Of a DNA stretch of 64,000 nt, positions 57,987-64,000 are shown one piece after another. The position numbers were made by a program, and so were the translations under genes. Every line of letters starts with the position of its first letter. Position 1 is the stretch's first letter. The notes beneath the pieces were generated by a model, which had not been told where the DNA came from, did not search any database, and saw only the letters and a program-made list of their open reading frames with translations. Location: NCBI GenBank assembly GCA_026914245.1, contig CP110440.1:186001-250000 (forward strand), read 5' to 3'. This DNA is from Puccinia triticina (taxonomy: Eukaryota).

Positions 57987-59276
57987 CAAAACGTCAAAAA
58001 GACGTTTTCATTAACCAAAACTTCTCCATGACAGCGAGGTCCCCCAACTTGAGCGTTTCTGGAACGGGATGGTCTGACCAACCAGTTCTGGACACTCAGG
58101 TTGCAGAACCTTTTTTTTTTTTTTGCTTTCCTGCGCCCACCTGCAAAGATGCTTTTCCAAGTGAGCGTTCAAGAAGACAATTTGATTTTGATTTTTTTTT
58201 TCTTTTTTCTTTTTACCTGTGATGTTTTTTTTGTGGAACAGTGGAAGCAAACTGGTTTGCTTAGGTATCAATTATGCAATTCCACATGATTGGTATAGCC
58301 AGTGTTGTGTAGTGTAACTGGCAAGAAACTCCTTGGAAGGAGGCCGTCTGGGAAGAATGGGCTGTGGGTTTGAGCCCGCGGGAGTCCCTTTTGTCTATCT
58401 GCACTTACGGGATCGAGCTGTTGCCAACGTTGTGGGCTCGATCCCTCAACGCGCTTCTAGAGCGCGGAGGGAAAGGCGTCAACTTAACGTTGCCGGAGTG
58501 ATTGGCAAACAAAGGTTTAGAACCCTCGTTGGTAAGTTGCAACAACGTCGGCGCGCCCGCCCCTCTTCGCCGGGATGCGGTTGTGACAACCAAAACCACG
58601 CCAACCAATCCTTTCGTGGTAATTTCTGACCGCGTCAGAACGTTGCCCCCTGCGGAGGAAAGCAACGTTTGGGGGACGCGAAGGCGGAGTGTCAACAGAA
58701 CGTTGACCTGCTCCTGTGGTGTATGGCCCAAGTCTCCCCTGCGGGGAGTTCGTTTCGCGAACCGACCAGCCACGCCCCCGCAGCCGCAGACTTGTGTTAA
58801 GTTCACGGATGCCTCCCAACCGCAACGTCAGGGTGACGCTGCGAGCTTAAATAAGCCTCTCGATCGGAGTTCGGTGACGCTTCAGCCCGCAGGCTGGCAG
58901 CGACAGCTGTTTGTCCTTATTTTTTTCTAGCTCACGTCGCTCAAGACTTAATTTCCTTAGATGGCGTTGCTATATCATGTGGTTGTAATTTGAGGACAGA
59001 GATGTACCAGAAGTACGAGCAGCAGTATCATTATGATTATAGTTTTCTGCTGAAGAATTGGACACCTGATATCATGAGATGCTTTGTTGATTGACCGAGG
59101 GCAGCGGTGTTTGCTGTTACTGGAACACATGAGGAGAAGATTACACCGAGGCTAACGATGAGGAATGAGGAGAACAAATCAATTAGGGGAGATTATCAAA
59201 GATATCGAAGCCTAATGGCAGGCTTTGAATTAGGATGATCGATGGAGGCTGGGCACAATGGCGGCTACTTTCTGCT

Positions 59277-59894
59277 TCAGACGCATTTCATGCCCTCCGT
59301 ACCGGTGATGTGGTTGATGATGAACTTGGGTTGCAATCCCGATTGACAAGTGACTGGAGAAAGGATTTCTCATCAACAAAGTGAATCTCGTGGCCCCATC
59401 TGCTCCGAGGCTTCCTGTTGAACTCACCAATCTTGCATGCGCCTGAGTCACATTTTGCCCGGCCAACATTTGGGATCTCCATGCACTTTTGTCGTTTCGT
59501 ATCAAATCCATAAAGAATATACCGGTAAAGAAAGATCTATCTAGTCAGCACACCAGAAATCATAGGGATTTTACTGTAGGCCAACTCGAAAACTCACGTC
59601 ATTATCACAACTTCCACAAGAATTGACGTCTGTTTGTAAGTTGAAGCATTCCCAATTGCGCTTGTTGATTGTTCTCTTTGAAATAGCCAAGCTCAAGTCG
59701 AGCGACCTGTCAATGGAAATGATTGGACATGCTCGCAAGGGAACGGGACAGCCTTGATTTTCGATTGGAACCGCGAGATCCCTCAGATTAAACGATTGGC
59801 GCGCCCTCTTTGAAATGACGGAGGATGATTCTTGTGAAGCCAAGGCGAGGCTTACGACGACCATCAATGCTAGGAAAAGGATTAAATTCTTCAT
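59277..59894 (-). CDS. Small secreted Cys-rich protein with CPL1/PriA-like domain (143 aa, 10 Cys)
   Basis: Exons 59894-59598, 59485-59428 and 59353-59277 are in frame. Signal peptide MKNLILFLALMVVVSLALA. Domain CPVPLRACP...WECFNLQTDVNSCGSCDNDCMEIPNVGRAKCDSGACKIVTCQSG...KCV*. Confidence 0.85.
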
Positions 59895-60266
59895 CTTGGT
59901 AACTTGCGAGTACAGATTCGAAATTCCTTGGTCTTTTGTTGGAATGGTTTGACGTGTGGGGGTATATGTGATGTGCGTTGGTGTGGTTCAGAAAAGGAAT
60001 AGGTGGCTTGGATTCGGAGAACAGACTAGTTGAAAGGACAGTCGCTTTGAAAGAGATAGATACTGGGATTGGCGGATGAAAATTGAAATTAACGGCAGAT
60101 TGGGGAAAAATATCAGGGTATTTGTTGAGTGGAGAGGAAGGCAAAGATGGTTTTGGGTCATGGAATCGTGCAGGTTTCGAGTAAGACAGATTCAGCGATA
60201 TCGAGCAGACTTCTACTAAGGAGCTTTCCAAACCAACTGCTAATAGCGACGCAGATGGCTCATACT

Positions 60267-60820
60267 CTAACTTACCTAAGACCCTCTCTTTGTGGAGGGG
60301 GGACGCTGTCCCGCAGGGACCCACCGAGGGAGGGACTTGACATTATGCGCCAGGCCTTGCCCTACTCTTTTTTGTTTTTTTGCTGTTTTTCATTACACCT
60401 CGCGATGAACGGCTTGTACCGGTCATCAAGAGGACCCATCCCTCCTGATGACCGCTACAAACTGGTCATCGGGGGGACTCATCCCTCTCGATGACCGTTG
60501 TGTATTGATGTACAGCCCTCGATGGCCGGCGCTGACCGGTCATCGAGAGGGGGGTTTTCTTCCCTCGATGGCCGGTCCACGCCGGCCATGGAGGAGAGGG
60601 AGTGCCGAGGTGTTCACTCCATACCAACCTGGAGTGCGAAGCGACCTCAGGAGGGTCCCTGCGGGACCGCATCCCCCCTCCAATAGAGGGACTTTTGGAG
60701 TGGTCGAAGGTGCGTCTAGTAAAAATAAAGCCTGACCCTTTTTACTGTCATAAGAGGCTCGCTCCGCGCCGGCCAGGCTGCACCAGGCCTTCCGTCGAAG
60801 AGGGTCTTGTGTTAAGTTAG
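60267..60820. mobile_element. MITE, CTAACTTA TIR family (9-bp TSD)
   Basis: CTAACTTACCTAAGACCCT / AGGGTCTTGTGTTAAGTTAG; TSD GCTCATACT/GCTCATAAT (8 of 9 match); the left subterminal region is nearly identical to the 32220 copy. Confidence 0.82.
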
Positions 60821-61107
60821 GCTCATAATCAAGCGGTAGAGCAACCCGTCCAACGTCTAGTGGCATCCTGACTGGCGATCGCTGGTGAGAAGGAGGGTTC
60901 TCCAGCCAGCTTTAGTCGCCATTGAATTAGCATGCTGACCCTCCCATCCGGTCCCTGAAATGTCCGCCAAGAAACCGGACGACTGGTTCTGAACGAAACC
61001 AAATAACACTCGGATATGAAAATTATACGAAAGTTGCGGGAGAAAACTGCTGTTCCAAAATGACCACCACAACTCTAGTCTATACTTCATTGTTCTGCTC
61101 TCGAAAT

Positions 61108-61276
61108 GGAGGACTTCCCGTCGACTTCGAATAAATCTGGAATTCCAGATTTCGCAGGGGAATCTGGAATCTGGAACTCTGGATCCCTTCGGGGAGCTTC
61201 GGGGACCGAGATTTCACTGCGAAAGCTGAAATCTGTCGCCTCAGATCTGGATTTCCAGATCGACGGGAAGTCCTCC
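61108..61276. mobile_element. MITE, GGAGGACTTCC TIR family (ANT TSD)
   Basis: TIR GGAGGACTTCCCGTCGA / TCGACGGGAAGTCCTCC; TSD AAT at 61105-07 and 61277-79. Confidence 0.88.
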
Positions 61277-63282
61277 AATAAAACTTTGATTTTGGGGGCC
61301 GGGAGAGGCCGGGAGTCACCTACATGCTGGCGGCTTCCTAGTCTGCCGCAGTCTGCCGCATATCTTCAATTGATGGCAAAGGTCCGAGGAAGCAAGTACA
61401 TAGCAACTACCATCTGTAGGAATATATCATAACTATTTTCTTCCATCCAGCAAAGATCAAATGGCGACGGGATGAAGAAAGGTACATCACAGAATACGTC
61501 CACTCGGATTCCTAGTCTCCTGGTTTCTAGTTTGATTGAAGATTGAAAACTGATTCTCATTCGGAATATCAGTTCGACGCCGTCTAACTTGGACTACTTT
61601 GGACTACTCAAAGTGGTTGAGACATCCTCTCTAAACACACGGAAATAGCTTTACCTCTTCGCGAGTGTAACAAGTCCTACCAAAGACTGTTCCGACGAAG
61701 ACCTTGCAAAAACATCTACGCCTTCAGCTTAGCTTCACAGAAACCTCTCTCGATATATACCTTGTTGTGCTTTGCTCAAACTCTCTGCCCGGGAATATTT
61801 TGGATTTAGTGGAGCGGTTAAGTCCCTTAATATTAACAGGAGCCAGTGGCAGGTCAAAGCTGTTGCTTCTGCGCACTTGCTCTCATACCACGCTAGCCCA
61901 GTTCCTCCGTTATCACTCCTAGTAGATCAGAAATCTGTGAATAAATATCCAATATGCGGTCGATCCTCGCAGCTTTTATCATCATCTCTGTGACATTCAT
62001 GGCGGTTGGTTCTAATACGTCCCGCCGCCCCAACGACCCGGCAGAAAATCAAGTAACGGACGATGATCAACTTGATCCTGACACAGACAGTTAGCCGTAA
62101 ATCGGAGATCGGCGATCAGCCACCTTTCGAGTCAGTAATCTATTACTTTTTTCCCTAGGACTTTTAGAAACCTTTATCCAGTTGACATTTATTGATTGAC
62201 ATCAAAAATTCTCTTGCAGAAGGATCCGTCTGACCCGCTTGGAAGTGCAGTTGAATTTTCGAATTATCTTATCTGTCTCTCTGAGCGATTTCACCAAAAT
62301 TCTCGGTGGTTAGTCAATGGGGCCATAACGCAAACAAACACAACGTGTTGGAGTATGAAACACTCATATAAATATGATCATAGGAATACTTTCACAAAAG
62401 CCCCCTCACAATTGGTTTTGTCTGTTACACGTTATCTAAAAATCAAAATTGCTTATTATTTGATTCTCTTCCTGGTTTGATGGCCCACCATGAACAATGT
62501 GCTCTGATACAAGCAAACATGCTCTCAGCATTGAACATACAAGCTGAGTTGGTGGTTTGGTACAAAACAATATCAGAGGTGTTAGCTGCCCACTTGCTTG
62601 TGCTAATATGGATCTATTTCAGCTCATGTGCAAAGAACTACAGTGGTGAGTGGATGACTTCCCATTGAGATCTGTGGGCCTCCCAGAAGCAATTTAGAGC
62701 CTAAAAAGGTAGATTTCCCTGCAAAAATCTAGACCTTCCAGGCCAATATCCACAAGTACAACGGGCACAGATGTGATGGGAACAGTAGTTACAATAACAG
62801 TTACTATCAGTTTGTTTTGTCTTTAATTTAAAATTCAGAACCACATAGTGATTTTTTCAGCTAGATCAAGAAGTCATAGCTCTCCTCTAATAATTGATGA
62901 AATAATTTTCCATTTTTGTAAAAAGACTGACTGGATATCCTGGTTATTGTCACTAGCCACTGTTCCAGGGAAGTCGCCCACTATGCAACCAGCATACAAA
63001 GATAGACTGAATAGCAACAAAGGAAACATGTACCAACCATTTCCTAGGCTCATCTGAAACTTCAACAAATTCACAAAATGACTACATAATCTGCTTCATT
63101 AAACCATCCTATCAGAGAACAAAAGCAAGACAAGAAAAAAAACCAATTACATAGAAGCACATGTTTGCAAGAAGCAAGAGAAGAATTGCTGATTACAGAC
63201 TAGATTTGATAGATAAGTTAGCATGTGTATGTTTGGTTTGGACTATGTAATACAAATATTCACTTTGATTTCAAGATAAGAC

Positions 63283-64000
63283 TCATAACTTGATAGGATC
63301 AACTCCGGCATGCTCAACAGCTTCGGTCAAGACTTTGAAGGTTGAAGAGTCTCGTGGCAGGATCTCGATAAACGAGTCGTTCAAGTTGATTGGATGAGAA
63401 GAGAATCCCGTAGAAAATTTGATTGATCTTACAAATTCTTCCGTGCTCATTGCGCTTGATGATTTAATTTTAATCTCAAAGCTCCATAAGAGTCTTGTAA
63501 ACGTAATAAATAATGATCTATTTTTTAAATTTATCAAAGACATCAGCTGTGGGGGTCACTCGAATGCCTGCAATGAGAAATCAAATAAATACACGGACAA
63601 GGAGGACAACAGACTCAACTTGTTTGCAATATGTAAAGCTGGACAAATTCTTCTACCAAAGCCAAAGGCATGATGACCATAGGTAGACCATTTGGTACCA
63701 ATCAGTAAGCCAGTTTGGGTATCAATAAACCTTTCAGGGATAAATCTTTGAGGATCCTTGTAGGTCTCTTCATCCAAATGGATCGACCAATGGTTAGCTA
63801 CAATTGTCGTGCCTTTGGGTATAAAATACCCTTCATATTCATCATCTTCGGTCGACATGTGTGCTAAACCTGAAATAGTTAATTTCTCAAATTGCCCGTC
63901 AACTTTCTATTCTGGTTTTGGGCTGCAGTTTTTGAATGAGAAGTAAAATGTCAGACGGACCTCCGGGTATCACTGTTCTCCATCTTAACAACTCCCTGAC
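63283..64000 (-). CDS. Cytochrome P450, 3' part (continues beyond the window)
   Basis: EDDEYEGYFIPKGTTIVANHWSIH, FIPERF, heme motif FGFGRRICPA, last exon SLFITFTRLLWSF...PIKL*. Confidence 0.9.

Noticed and set aside
58330..58940. GC-rich tract with recurrent CAACGTTG/AACGTT motifs
   Set aside because: Probably a repeat, but I found no TIR or TSD to delimit it.

Overview
Intron-rich fungal genomic DNA, most likely a rust fungus (Pucciniales, Puccinia-like). This is inferred from the gene families, short GT-AG introns, TE types and TpCpG-biased C>T decay. Left part (about 3-38 kb) is gene-dense: two paralogous secreted proteins carrying an OTU-deubiquitinase-like domain whose catalytic Cys appears lost, an MBOAT_2/wax-synthase-type acyltransferase, a large disordered orphan, an Lsh/HELLS/Irc5-type SNF2 helicase, PMT4 head-to-head with a HEATR6/DUF4042 gene, and two convergent gamma-glutamyltranspeptidase paralogs. 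Right part (about 39-58 kb) is almost all transposons. It includes a nest with exact target-site duplications (TSDs): hAT MITE > ANT-TSD element > probable CTAACTTA-family element > autonomous hAT > {foldback, solo LTR, full-length LINE}. It also has two CACTA derivatives, a 1.9-kb palindrome and several MITEs. The window ends with a small secreted Cys-rich CPL1/PriA-like gene and the 3' end of a cytochrome P450. The best candidate for a new system is the tandem pair of secreted pseudo-OTU effector candidates. All assignments come from motif recognition by eye; no database searches were run.
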